NCBI GenBank assembly: GCA_951406725.2
Contig: OX597817.1
Span: 56,048,001 to 56,112,000 of the forward strand
Reading direction: 5' to 3'
Source: Octopus vulgaris
Taxonomy: Eukaryota
DNA: 64,000 bases
The position numbers and the translations under genes were made by a program. Positions 13,148-27,860 of the stretch are shown here, one piece after another (within the stretch, counting starts at the first letter, position 1; every line of letters starts with the position of its first letter). Below the pieces are notes generated by a model. That model saw only the letters and a program-made list of their open reading frames with translations, had not been told where the DNA came from and did not search any database.

Positions 13148-13318
13148 AGCTTGCGTCTAGGTTTATATTCTCCATTTAAATTAAATGTTTTTTGTCTCAC
13201 CAAAAGTTTGACATTTATATTTTCATTTGTAACGTGGGTGTGTGTGCATACATGTGTATGTGTGAGTGTGTGTGTGTGCATGCATGTGTGTGTGAGTGTG
13301 TGTGTGTGTGCATACATG

Positions 13319-13366
<48 letters not shown>

Positions 13367-14003
13367 AGATTGGTGTTAACACGCCATCAGTATCGTTATA
13401 TATCTCGCCACTGGTATGAAATATCGTGTCAGCCTTGCAGGAGCCTCTACTTGATCTAACCCGCTCGAAATAGCAGCCAAATCACAATTCACCTTCTGAA
13501 TCACTTGCCATTTTATTATAAAAAATAAAAAAAGGATACGTTAAGTCACAGATGCAATATGGCCGAAAAATAGAGACAAGATATCTAAAGCAGGGACGCG
13601 TTTCATCATAGGTCAGCTGAGTCAGTGACGATCTCGGTCCAACCAAAAACAACAACAAGAACAACAACAGTAATATCAATAACAACAAAAACGGTTGGGT
13701 TATTTTTGTCTCATAATAATCGGACAAACATATTTACAAGTGCAAAACATCTGGTTATTCTCTTTCCATCCTTTCTACCCTCCCTCCCCTCTCATTTTAT
13801 CCTCTGCCTCTGCCTCTTTCTCTACGTTTCACTCACCTCCTCTCTCTCCCCCCCTCTCTCTCTCTCTCTTTCTCCTTCGTTTGCCAACTGAGCTACATCC
13901 ATTGCGCTGACATCCGACCATGCAATGAATCATTTGTGTGTGGTATGCATCCTTGTACCTCTGCATATGTGTATGTGTATGTCTGTGTGTGCGTGTATCT
14001 ATG

Positions 14004-14051
<48 letters not shown>

Positions 14052-14215
14052 GTGGACTCGAGGTGTGGGGCGGAAGTGCTTGATTGGTTATTAATAACCA
14101 ATGTGGAAGGCTACTGAACGCAACATCCATCCATAGACGCACTGTTTTTCACCATAGACCTGACCGGACCATCTGCTTGGCCCGACGGGATTTGCAACCA
14201 GCAAATGCTCCGATG

Positions 14216-14246
<31 letters not shown>

Positions 14247-14338
14247 TAACCATTGCTGCTGTTCTTAAACTTTGCGGAGTTCGCAAAAGGTGGTATTAGA
14301 TTATTTTGCAGCCACAGCAGCAGCAGCAGCAGTAGCGT

Positions 14339-14413
<75 letters not shown>

Positions 14414-14555
14414 TGGTGGTGGTGGTGGAAGGATGGGTGGGTGGGTGTTTGTTATTGATGGATCTCTATTCTTGGTTGCCTCGCTTTCGGCTAATTATCT
14501 TTAATGACTGCTGCAATTAATACGAAAGCAGAACATGATGATGATGATAATCATT

Positions 14556-14605
<50 letters not shown>

Positions 14606-15084
14606 AGTGATCATGATGATGATGATGGTGATGATAATGACGTCGATAACGATGAGACGTCGATGATGATGACAATGATGACGCGGCAAATGATGTTTTA
14701 ATCTGTAAAAAAATATAATCATTTGATGTGTGTTTTTTTTTTCTTAATTTCAAGTAAATACTTTCTCCGTCTCAAATTTTTCTGGGATAGGATGACAATG
14801 ATGGCGGCAGTGATGGTCGAGGTGGTGGGGTGTTCTCTGGTGGTTACGGGGTTGGCAGTGGTGGCGGTGGTGGTTGTGGCGGCGACACCGGTGATGAATG
14901 TAACGATGATGATGTCGGTGGTGCCGGTGGGGACGTTGTGGGTGTTAAAGGTAGATGGGGATGAAGGAGTATTGATGAATTTGAAACTGTTTTTTCTCTC
15001 TCTCTCTCTCTCTTACTTTGAGTAATCAACCCCACTTTTGTGTCAGTGTGAGTGAGGAGACGTGATTATGTCCTACCAAACAGC

Positions 15085-15100
15085 TGACCTCACATGACCT
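15085..15100 (-). promoter_or_regulatory. Perfect nuclear-receptor DR4 motif (AGGTCA-N4-AGGTCA)
   Basis: TGACCT-CACA-TGACCT in apparently non-repetitive sequence. Motif match only. Confidence 0.3.
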
Positions 15101-15447
15101 CGCTATCAACTCTATAAAACAAGGTTAAACGGCAATAAAACCGCGCCATATTGTCAAATAATTTAGAAGCAATTAATTTCTTTTTTTAATGGAATAATGA
15201 TCTCTATTCACGAAACTCACATTGCAGATATTGTTATAAAGATGGCGTTATGGTACATTTGTTGTTGTTGTTTTTTAAGCTGCTTTTGTAGCAGTAGTTG
15301 TTGTTGTTATTGTTGCTGCTGCTGCTGCTGTTGTTGTTGTTGTTTACACACAGCTTAGCTATGATTGGGCAAGATTTTGTGCAAACCCCTTCGAAGCAAA
15401 ATCTTCCGATAGTGTAACCAGCCCACGTTGTTTCCAGTGGCACAAAG

Positions 15448-15657
15448 TAGTGGTTTTCCAACCGTGGCCGACACGGTCACTGGTGGTCCACATAAGGTTT
15501 ATCTGCAATAAATTTTTTACAATATTTCTTATAATATTTCGGCAGTTATTTTTAAATACAGTTCTTAATAATATTTAATTCCAAAATTGTAATGGGACTT
15601 AGGGAGAAAATTTGAAATCAGAATAGTTCATAGCCAAAAAATGGTTGAAAACCACTG
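15448..15657. mobile_element. hAT-type MITE
   Basis: TIRs TAGTGGTTTTCCAACC / GGTTGAAAACCACTG, AT-rich interior, decayed 8-bp flanks. Confidence 0.7.
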
Positions 15658-16071
15658 GTATTAAGTAATTGAGAATATAATACACTTCCCTGAACGGGAC
15701 GACACCCCCTCGCAACATTAACTTCCTAGTTTTACTGTTACTCATTTTCAGCTGAATGAACTGTTGCAAGGTTTAATGGAGTGTTTTACTCAGAAACACA
15801 ACTGGCGGCCTGGTCTGGAAATCGAAACCCCTACTTTTCGATCATGAAGGGAACACCCTAATCACTAGACAATAGGAATGTCGAAATTTAGGAAATTGGC
15901 TGTTATGTCTAGCAGGCCAAATGACTGCGTGATAGGCTATTTTCCGTTAGTCAGAATTATCTGAGTTATTGAGAACACTGCAAGTGACTCAATACGAGTG
16001 TTTGACCCTGGTACCATATCGACACAGATATTTCCCACGTCAGAATGCAATACAAACCATAATTACTTGCA

Positions 16072-16146
<75 letters not shown>

Positions 16147-17434
16147 GTGATTGTATCTTTAGAAAATATAGTGATTTAACAAACAAGTGGTTTTGTCATA
16201 ACCACCCCTATCTAACACGAGGGTATCTAAAATTGCCCAGTGTGACATTTAGTTTACTTTTAAGACTTCAGGTTATGATTCGAGGACATCAGTAGCTACA
16301 ACTAGATAGAGGATCCTTATTATTTTGTATTTAGGAAGTTTGTTTTGGGGGATATTGCCCCAGATTTTGGCGTTCAAACATCGTATCCTTACTTCATATA
16401 TATACAGTAATAATCATTGAAATGCTGACTGGACCAATACCTCTTATAATTCCAATTTTCATTCAAAGCCACCATACTTCATACCGCTTCAACTCATTCA
16501 GCCAAGAATGCTGATGCTCAGCAATTAAATTATTTTCAAAACAGACAGTATCGTTAGCACATTGGAACAACTACCTTGCTATATTTCTTATATTTTAAGT
16601 TCTAACCGCACCAAGTACAACCTTATTTTTTTTATAAAGTACCAGTTAAGTACTGTCTCAATTCAATTCACTAATACCTTTGTGCCTTTGTAAGAAATCT
16701 CTATTTTGATTGGTGGAGAAGGGTGATGGTTAAACATAACTGAGAGTGTGTAAAACGAATTCAAATATCTTGAGGCATTTAATTATGTTTCCATGTTTCG
16801 AGTTCACAGCCCAGACGTAGACTTGAAATTTTATCTCTGAACGTCTATGAAATAATATATTTCGACCCCAAAATATTGGATCGAGATAATCAACTGTAGC
16901 CTCACATACTCGTTTACAAAATGCATGACTGTACGTCTAGATTAGAAATAAATCTTGAAGGATGAGGGTCATGAAACCACGACTTTCTTAAGGCATTCCA
17001 GAGGGACGAGGTCAATGTGGCTGGTCAGTTTGGACATTTGTAGGATGGTACCTGTTTGAACGAAGAATCAGTTTCAACTCTTGTCATTCACTCCTGCTAC
17101 AATTCCATAAAACCATTAAGCTTTTACATCCAACAAAGCCATTGTTTTCGAAGGCATATAAAAAATAAGACATTTGCCATAAAAACCGGTGCATTTCTAT
17201 TCAATTATCTTCCAAATATCTGCTATGAAATGTTAACACAATTACCTCTCCAAATTTACAGGGATATCCCTTAAAATACATTGAAATTTAGATTTAAGTT
17301 TCCTGTCTCAAATTAATTATCATGGAAGATTATAAGCAGTCAAGACTAAACTCAGAAAAAACCGCTGACAATGTTTTTTTCTCAAGAAAAATGTTTCGTT
17401 TTGCTTCTTCCTTAGAAACGTTTTGTCATCTTTA

Positions 17435-17681
17435 ACTTGCTTCGGTCATTAGACTGAGGCCATGCAGGAGCATTGCCTTGAAGGAAATTTATTCGAATGA
17501 ATAAACCCCAATACGTCCTTTTGTTTGTTTGTTTTGGGGTTTTTTTTTGTTAAACCTGGTACTTATTTCATCGGTCGCTTATGGTCAGCCGCTAATTTAC
17601 GAGGATATGAACACACCAGCATCAATTGTCAAACAGTGATGGTGGACAAACACAGATGCAAAAATACAGACACAGACACAC

Positions 17682-17762
<81 letters not shown>

Positions 17763-17920
17763 CGATGGGCTTCTTTCAGTTTCCAGCTACTAAATTCACT
17801 CACAAGGCTTCGGTTGGCTTAAAGCTATAGTGGAAGAAACTTTGCCAAGGTGCCACGCAGTGGAACTGAATCCGGAATCATGTGGTTAGGAAACAAACTT
17901 CTTGCCTCACAGCCACACCT
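17435..17920 (-). mobile_element. SINE family B, full length
   Basis: Colinear with 12774-13147, with an expanded internal (TA)n. Confidence 0.85.
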
Positions 17921-18340
17921 GAACCTCTAGTTTCTATGGGTCACGTGTTTGAACTCAAACTCTTCATTATTCAAGCTTTGCTTTAAGCAATTATATTTTG
18001 CAAATACTTGTTTCAGTTTAGCTTCTGAATTAAATGGTTGGATCTTTGAAGCCATTAACGCTAATACTACTAGACTGGTATTATATGTTGTGTATAAACA
18101 TTTGTTATAAAATGCGTAGAGAATATCTGGTATGGCTGTACTAAACGATTGTGGATCCGATGCGTAGAGTTAACTGAAGAAATTCAACAGGAAAATTATA
18201 AAAATGTGCCACAGAAATTATAAGAAAATTGGACAATTATATAAAATGTAGCTGATGTTTTGGACAAAATGGTCGCCTTAGTATTAAGATACAAGTGTTT
18301 AGAGGTGATGGCTGAAGTGTTAAGTCATACGGTTTGATAT

Positions 18341-18544
18341 CGAGCTGGCAGGAACGTCAGCACGCCGGGCGAAATGCGCAGCCGTATTTCGTCTGCCGCT
18401 ACGTTCTGAGTTCAAATTCCGCCGAGGTTGACTTTGCCTTTCATCCTCTCGGGGTCGATAAATTAAGTACCAGTTACGCACTGGTGTCGATATAATCCAC
18501 TTAATCCGTTTGTTTGTCCTTGTGGGTAGTCAAGAAATAGATAT
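18341..18544 (+). mobile_element. SINE family A (Meta-domain-like)
   Basis: A-box-like TGGCAGGAACGTC, B box GAGTTCAAATTCC, central CTTTGCCTTTCATCCTCTCGGGGTCGATAAA. More than 10 homologues in the window. Confidence 0.85.
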
Positions 18545-19114
18545 CAGTTTTTCGAGGCAAGTTTTTGGAGAAGTAATGAAGGAAGAAATTAAGTAAGAGG
18601 ATTGCATCGGATGGACTTGACTGGGGTGGAATATACTTAATTGATTCAAAGGAACAAAGGTTGGGGTAGAATAAAAAAACGAAAAATAGAGAGAAGAAGA
18701 GAATGGATGAGATTGTGTGGTTGGTGAATAAGTATTTAGCAATGAGCGAATTTGTATCCTGAATAGAAGTTTCCAGAATAACTGAATAACTGCTGGCTTT
18801 ATGATATTCGTACTAATTATATTCTTCTGTGATAGCATTAATAATTATTCATCGAAAATTTTTGAATCTGCAGTTCATTACATGAAGTCTTAATTGTGAA
18901 TTTTAATTATATTTTGCAGTGAGCCTGAAATATGTGAAGGATGGCAAAACTGGAAGATTTCTCGAAAATTCAAAGAATTGTTACCTGGTTAAAATCTGAG
19001 GTATGTATTGTCTTATTAACTCACTCTCTCTCTTCTCTTTCTCTCACACACACATACACATACTCACACATAAGCACTTATGCACACGTACATGCACGCC
19101 AATACATACATATA

Positions 19115-19368
19115 CATTCATCCTTCACCATATCGCGGTTCACCTACTGCGGTTAACATATCGCGGTTTACCTATCGCGGTTTATTATTTAAGCTTACGT
19201 CGATTTCTCCGTGGTGTTGTTTTGCATTTATAATAAAATAAACATATACAAATAATAAAAATAATTTTTTTTTAAATATATTGTACAGAACATATTTCTA
19301 CTTCGCGGATTTTCACCTATCGCGCAGGGTTTTGGAATGTATCATTCGCGGTAGTCGAGGGATTACTG
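19115..19368. mobile_element. Tc1/mariner (pogo/Tigger-like) MITE
   Basis: Imperfect TIRs ending GTCGAGGGATTACTG and subterminal TATCGCGG repeats. Inverted homologue at 28704-28928. Confidence 0.8.
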
Positions 19369-20025
19369 TTCACGAACACACACACATATAGACACATTCA
19401 TAACCATATATGCGCATGCATGCAGACACAATAGACAAGCAAACACACATGCACAGACACACAGACACACAGAAGCACAGACAGAACAAAATAAGAGTTT
19501 GAAGACAAAATACGCTTCGTTGCTGAACACCACCAACACCACCAGCTGGTCTTTGGGTGAATTTTCCAGTATTCCTTCCGGTGCAAGTATTCGAACGGAA
19601 TCATCGCTTCCCTATTGCCAAACCACAACACACATTTAACCAGCGGACATTTTTCCTTCGGACATTCTTACCATTCTTTTGAGGCAGATTTGTGTAGTTT
19701 AGCCGCACCAACTCGTCACAAAGGACCACTCCTATACAAATATTCAGACGAAGACTTTGTTCTGAGTATAACGGGTCATCGTGACGGGCTACTTCCTGTC
19801 TCAATAACCTATGAGTCATAGATTCCTTTATAGGTCGCACCCCGTCTCTAGTGTTCGAGGCTCTAATTAAATATGTCACAGATACTGTCCACCCCATTTT
19901 TGTTTTTATAAAATAGCTACAAACACAGATACATATTTAGACAGATACATATTTAGACAGACGCACGCGACAAATATATGCACACAGATAACAAAAACTT
20001 ATATCAAATGTACACATGCATAAAT

Positions 20026-20120
<95 letters not shown>

Positions 20121-21083
20121 TTGAGGGAATATTAATCCTAACTTACAAGGAAAAATTCAATTTAGAAATACTAAATCAAATTTCACAAAATATAATATAT
20201 ATAAAAATTAGAAAAAAATCACCTTTTATCAATTCAAAATGAAAGTAAATTACACCATCTAGAAAATTACATATAATAGAAATATTAAAATTAAAATAAC
20301 AATAATATACCGATGATTAAGTAAATTGCAAAATAATAATAAAAAACGTATATATTTGGTAGAATAACAATATATATATATATACACACAAGTGTGTATG
20401 TGTGTGTGTTGTCTGTGTATGTGCTGTGCACATTTGCTTCACAGCTACTGACGATCGCAACCTATCTATGCAGATAGAAATGTGTAACCGTGGTTATATA
20501 TTTAATTAGACAGCATACGGAGAAGATAGACTAGAAAGCCTCAGGAAAGTAGTTATGGTCTAAATCGCCAGCAATTAGTCTATATTGAATAACTTGCTGT
20601 GACGTCAGAGTCTTATTTAATTTGGCCAAACTCAATTACACAAGTTAGAGTCACGCACAAATATGTTAACAGATATGTTCGTATATACACCTGCTTACAC
20701 GAAATGTATATAGCAACATATATATACATGCATTTATACATACATACACACATACATACATACATACAGACATGCAAACATACATATGCGCGCTCTTCTG
20801 TGCATGTGTGCGCAAAAAATTTCGGAGATCAATAAACGCGGTCATTGTCTGAGACGGTAACAATTATTCCAGGGTAGCTCTTGAATTTTGGATAAGATAG
20901 TGCCAGGAAAAGAAAAAAAAGAACTTATTATTTCGAAGTTGGTTTATTTTCTTCTTTTTTTTTTGTCTAAGAGAAAGAACATATTTTTATTTCTATATAT
21001 CCGGATTTTTTATGATACATACACCCGTCTACACGTTTTTATATGTTTTTATCTCTATCTAACTATCTACTCATTTATCTATG

Positions 21084-21122
<39 letters not shown>

Positions 21123-21159
21123 GTCTGTCTGTCTGTCTACCTATCTATTTATCTCTATC

Positions 21160-21235
<76 letters not shown>

Positions 21236-21556
21236 AAAGAGGGTTTGAAAATCAGATATCTTTTAAAGATGCTTATTGACTTGACCGATTTCACTTTTTT
21301 AAAAAACAGTTTATCAAAAGTAAAATGTAAAGCTTTGTTGTGTTAAAAAATGTTTATCATAATTGTATTAAAATACAGTCTTTGATAATGATAAGCAAAT
21401 GTTAAGGGGGGAGGCTTTTTTTTTAAACAGTTTACATGAAAGTGTTCAAAATAGATAGTAAAATATATTTATAATTATTTTAGGTTCATCAAGAATCATA
21501 GTTGTATAGAAGCATATGTACAGAAGGAAATATATATATATATATATATATACGTT

Positions 21557-21625
<69 letters not shown>

Positions 21626-21779
21626 CGTTGCATTCAACGCTAAATGCCAAAAGATGTATTCCTACACACGCGCACGTGTGCTGTGTGCCGTGTGCAAGGC
21701 ATTCTCTGTCGAATAATAAGACGCTCATGTAATATACACATATGTGTGTGCACACATGCACACAAAATGAGCGCACACA

Positions 21780-21820
<41 letters not shown>

Positions 21821-22962
21821 ACACACACAAAAAGACATACATTCTCAGCTATTCTTTTGCAATGTATATTTTTATCAAGGTTCTGTTCTTTTCGTAACAT
21901 TTTATGAATTTCTTGCATTAAGGATCTCAAATCCACCATTATCACTCGTAGACCTTCCAGGTCTCATCTTATGTATGAAGTGTTGTTGAAGTGTGTTGTC
22001 GCTACTTCATAGTAAGCAGGCTGAATACAAACGTTGTTGACTTTACCATCGACACGTGAATGGCTGACATCAGTCAGCTGTATATTTCTGTTCGTGATTA
22101 GTTTGTTTCTTTTCTATGTTTGATTTAGTATAGTGCTTTCCTGTGAGTGGCTATTGTGTCCATCATTACTTGTATATTGTTGCCAGGAATTCTAAAGAGT
22201 ATGAATGTATTTTTTACTAACCTTTTCCTACAAAATCTCTTTGTGTCGTGTGATGGACGAATAGTATTTCCTCCGCGTTGAAAGTACATTACATGAATGG
22301 AAATTTGAACTTAAACTTTACTTTCGTGTGCAAACTAACCAGGGAAGGACCAGCTTACTATCTCAGGAGATATTTGTCACTCAACTGTTTCTAACTGAGA
22401 AATGTGGAGATGAGTACAGGAATCATGAAAGTGATTGTATCATCTTACTATTGAATAAGATACCTTGATTTGCACCTGTAATCCAATCTAATCGAATTCC
22501 TATTTCTCTCTTCATTCTCTTTTCACGTTTGATTTTGTTTCCCTGTCCAGCTCCACCCCACCTACTAATCCCTTCCTTTTTTTCCAAATTCTCTGGATTT
22601 AAATTTGAAGTTCTCAGCTAATATCTCTATGTCGCCAACGAAAGTGAATCTTTCTAATTCTATTTACATGTAGAATGCTTTGTAGAATCTTGCAAACAAT
22701 AAATTGTCAATGCTTCATTTTATCTTCTCAGAAGAATAAAAGGAACTGTTGACCTTGATGAGATTTTGCATTCAGAATATAAAGGGGCATCACTAAATAT
22801 TGCAAGGCATTCAATATAACGCACTAATGATTCTGCGAATCGACCAATATCGTAAATTTTCTATTAGAGAAATCGGGTCCTTATCCGAAAGCATACTAGA
22901 CTTGCCTTCCCTTGAAAACGTAGTGTTATTATCATTGGTTCCCTAGTATATACGTATTGGAT

Positions 22963-23305
22963 GGCGGCGAGCTGGCAGAAACGTTAGTACGCCTGGCGAA
23001 TGCCTAGCGGTATTTCGTCTGCCTTTACGTTGTGATTTCAAATTCCGCAAAGGTCGACTTTGCCTTTCATCCTTTCGGGGTCGATAAATTAAGTACCAGC
23101 CAAACATTGGGATCGATGTAATCGACTTAATCCGTATGTGTGTCCTTGTTTGTCCTCTCTGTGTTTATCCCCTTGTGGATAGTAAAGAAATTGGTATTTC
23201 GTCTGCCGTTACGTTCTGAGTTCAAATTCCGCCGAGGTCGACTTTGCCTAATCGAATGGCCTCCTCTCCCAAAATTTCGGGCCTTGTGTCTAGAGTAGAA
23301 AAGTA
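22963..23305 (+). mobile_element. SINE family A, dimeric
   Basis: Full monomer, then a second monomer restarting at GGTATTTCGTCTGCC (~23192) with an internal deletion. Confidence 0.9.
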
Positions 23306-24096
23306 TATATAGGGCAGGGTTCAATTAGAAATGTGTACTATACAGATTTAGGGTTCGCAGAGACTGTTTTTATTGAAAGCCATGAAAACTCATGAGAATT
23401 CTTAATTTACTGAGATTGTTTCTTCTCACTTGGAGTAAGTAAAACAGAGTGGTAGGTGTTGGTTTAATTATATTCTCTTGAAGCTAGGATACTTTCAATA
23501 AACCAAGAATTTGTTTTGTTCTGTATTAAGAATACATTTCAGCATTATTTGTTCAAAATTCATACCACTATTCATTCTGGGCTATTTCACCTAACACAAT
23601 TTCCTTTAAATTGTTTAAATTAATTTGGCCATAAATATTCACTACTCTGTATTTCAAAATATAATTCTTCGCTATTGCTAATGTAAGGTAACGATGTGCT
23701 GTAGACGGTTATTTAGACAGAAACACATCCCTATAGCTGTTCTATTGCCACTCGCTTAAGCAAAAATCGTTGGTTTTTAATGGTTTGTGATTTGGTAACA
23801 ACTCTGGACTGTTTACGGTTGTCTCCCCTTGTCATTCAGAGTCAGTTGCAAAATCGCCGCTAGTGTTTGCTCGACAATATTCTCTAGAAGCGAAGGAACT
23901 ATCAATAAATTGATTAAGCTTATAAAATACTTATATTATATAAGTTCCTTCGTATCTGACATCGCCATTTCTACCATTTGGTTACTCGGAGTTATTTCTC
24001 TTACATCACTTTCTAACTCACGCATGCACGTGCAAATAAACACACACACACATACGCACACACCCAATACACGCACACATGAATTATGTTTCAGTA

Positions 24097-24136
<40 letters not shown>

Positions 24137-24415
24137 TACATAATATACATATATATATGTATGTATGTATTTAAGAATATGTGGATATGTAGAAAATACA
24201 CAAACATGCGGAAACATAAATACAATAAAACACACACACACACATACACACAAACAGCTTACAACCACACAACCACACTCACACACTTCTAGAGATTGAA
24301 AGGATCAAATAGGCTAAGAATTAAGTTGTATATTGTTCATATATTGTGTCATAATGATTGATGTGCGGCTTAGTTTCCTGTAAACCGACAGAAGATCTTG
24401 AACGGGAGAATGGGA

Positions 24416-24450
<35 letters not shown>

Positions 24451-24858
24451 GACAGAGAGAGAGGCAGGCAGAGAAAGAAAGACAGACAGACAGACACACA
24501 AGCAGAAACAAACATAGATACGTAGATGGATTGATAGATTGAATAATAATGAGTGTCACGTGTTTACAATGCATATATGAATGTGTGTGTATATATATGT
24601 ATATATATATGTATATATATATATGTATATATATATATGTATGTATATATATATGTATATATATATACATATATATATATACATACATATATATATACAT
24701 ATATATACACACACACACTCATATCATCACACAGATAGAGTAAGGGAGAGAAAGACCTATCTAGATAGATAGATAGACGAACAGACAGACAGAAAGCTAG
24801 ATAAACAGACAGACTGATAGATAGACAGACAGATAAACAGACAGACAGACAGACAGAC

Positions 24859-24948
<90 letters not shown>

Positions 24949-25306
24949 ACAAGCAGGATGTTGAAATTGCTAGCACTCAGTTCTTCCAAGCAAATCTACC
25001 ATCAGGTAATTAAAAGACCCAAAAAGAGAAGAAAAAAAATTACGAATACAGGTAGGTCGGTGGGCAGGTGCGTAGAAGGTAGGTAGCTTTGTATGTAAGT
25101 AGGTTGGCAGGTAGGTAATTAAAATGAGAGGCAGGTAAGTAAGGTAGTTAAGTAGTAGAGTAGATAGATTGATCGCTTGATTGATTGACAGGTGTATACA
25201 TATATATACCTGCAGGGATAGACTGCATACACAACTGCACAAACATACGCACCTGAACTCGCGAATACATGTATAATTACATTTGCGTATGTACATCTTT
25301 ACATAT

Positions 25307-25360
<54 letters not shown>

Positions 25361-25413
25361 ATACATATATATACATATGTATGTATGTGTGTATGTGTGT
25401 ATGTGTGCGTGTG

Positions 25414-25488
<75 letters not shown>

Positions 25489-25702
25489 TATATATATATA
25501 GACATACACTTATCTATATCTATCTGTGTGTGGGGGGGGTAAATGTGTGTGCGCGCGTGTGTGTATGGATGTGGAGCAACCTAAGTACACCAAAACGCGG
25601 CGCTACTCTCTGAAATGACTCACGCAAATAACGTTGAACATATATATATATATGTGTATATATATATATATATATATGATTGATTGATTGATTCCAGTAT
25701 CA

Positions 25703-25772
<70 letters not shown>

Positions 25773-26133
25773 GCATACATATATATATACATATATAAAT
25801 ATATATTTATATAGATATGGATTGTATGGATGTGTGTATATATATATCTATAAATTTATATATATAAATGAAAGAATAGAGTCAACTATATATATATATA
25901 TATATATGTATGTGTATAAGTGCACACCTCTGTGTATTCACATTCAGTTTGTACGTATACATACAGATTTTGTGGGTATGTGTAAGCACTCAATACAAGT
26001 TTGTATGCATGTTTATATACAGAGAAAAGGTAAGTGCGACGTAATTGACCTACAATTACTAAGTACAATTCTCTGCTTTTATTTATTTATGCATCTGCCT
26101 AAATATCGTATATAAACGTACATACAAGCATAC

Positions 26134-26178
<45 letters not shown>

Positions 26179-27225
26179 ACATAGACGCACGCTCATGCAC
26201 ATGTACATATGTGTGTGTTTTTTACGAATCCAGCATTACTCTTCCGGCTCGAACCCCAACCATACATCTGTCTCCGGCTAAATCCTGCTGAAGAGACCTC
26301 TTACTGACAAAGCACCTTCTAAAACGGTTAGGTGTTGTTGTTATTGTTGTTGCTGTTGTTGTTGTAGTTGTTGTTGTTGTTGTCGTTTGTTAGTGGTTAC
26401 TGGTTAGTTACCCTGTCAGTGCTGCCATGATTAATCCCGCATTTTCTCTTTGAGAATTTCGCCATTAAACTTCCGGTTTCGTAAGTGCAGCGAAAATCGA
26501 TCGAACTTCCGGTAGGGTAGAGAAATAATGAAAGATAGTGATGCTGAAGGAGTGAGAAGGTGAAAGGAGAGAATGATGCCGGGTGGTGGTGATGGTGGGG
26601 TGGAACGTGAGAGATTAGTATCGTTCAAATATTATAAATAAAAAAAACTCTGGTACATTATCAATCGACCGACATCGTACCGGGATTGTTGGTTTGTGTA
26701 ATTAATAACAAATCAACAACAACAACAATAAAAAAAAAACAGACAAAAAAATGTAGGTTGTCTGATGCATTATGGAATCAATGATGGCGGCCATGGTGGT
26801 AGGGTCGCTGCTGTTGTTGCTAAAAGCTTATGATGGTGATGGCGACGGCGACGACGGTGTTGTAACCGTTGTTGCTGCTGTTTTGGTGGTGGTGGTGGTG
26901 GTGGTGGTGGTGGTGGCGGCGGCGGCGGCGGCGATGATGAAGGTGGCAGTGAAGCTGCTACTACTGCTGCTGCTACTACTGCTGCTACTACTGCTGCTGC
27001 TACTACTGCTGCTACTACTGCTGCTGCTACTACTGCTGCTACTTCTGCTGCTGCTACTACTGCTGCTACTACTGCTGCGGCTGCTGCTGCTGATGATGAT
27101 GAGGATGATCATGATCATGATTGTTATACTTACATTGTTAGTCATAGATGAAACATGCTAGATGTAGCAGCCTAAATTTCCCTCAAATTATTCCTTACTG
27201 TTTTTAAAGAGAAAGCGCATTCTTA

Positions 27226-27289
<64 letters not shown>

Positions 27290-27290
<1 letters not shown>

Positions 27291-27628
27291 GTGTCTCTAA
27301 AAGAAATGGAGAAACTTTCAATATACAAAGACCTGGAAATGGAGGTAACCAGAATGTGGAATCTAAAAACAGAAACAATTCCTATCATAGTAGGTGCATT
27401 AGGCATGATAAAAAAATATTCAGACAAATACATAACAAAAACACCAGGACTTACAAACACATATAACATACAGAAAATTGCACTACTAGGCACTGCACAC
27501 ATCCTACGCAGAACACTCTCCATACAATAACCATCAGAGCATCACAACAAATCACAGCACATACCCAAGGCACACAGAGCTGCGCTCGGTAGTGAAGTGA
27601 AAGCACGCTATAAAAAATAAAACTACTG
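27290..27628 (+). mobile_element. 5'-truncated R4/Dong-like LINE in (AAT)n
   Basis: ORF 27291-27530 (EKLSIYKDLEMEVTRMWNLKTETIPIIVGALGMI...KIALLGTAHILRRTL) resembles the C-terminal restriction-like endonuclease region. ~100-nt 3' UTR; AAT repeats on both sides. Confidence 0.85.
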
Positions 27629-27860
27629 AATAATAATAATAATAGTCCTATGTGTGCAATGTTTGAAATAATAGTGAGTAGGGTTAGCATTCTACAAACG
27701 CCCTTCATTAATAGGTCTATTGGATCACCACTGACCTTGGGTTAAACAACTACAACACCACAGCGCCACCACACCAAATAAGTAACCTGAATCATGCCTT
27801 TGGGTGTTACAATTGGAATCTGTCCGAAATTCTAGTTCTTTCTTCTTTTACTTCGTTTAT

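Noticed and set aside
20118-20370. AT-rich TA-bounded insert (also 21233-21520, 36069-36300, 63258-63558)
   Set aside because: Possibly element termini, but no ribozyme, TIR or coding signal that I can support.
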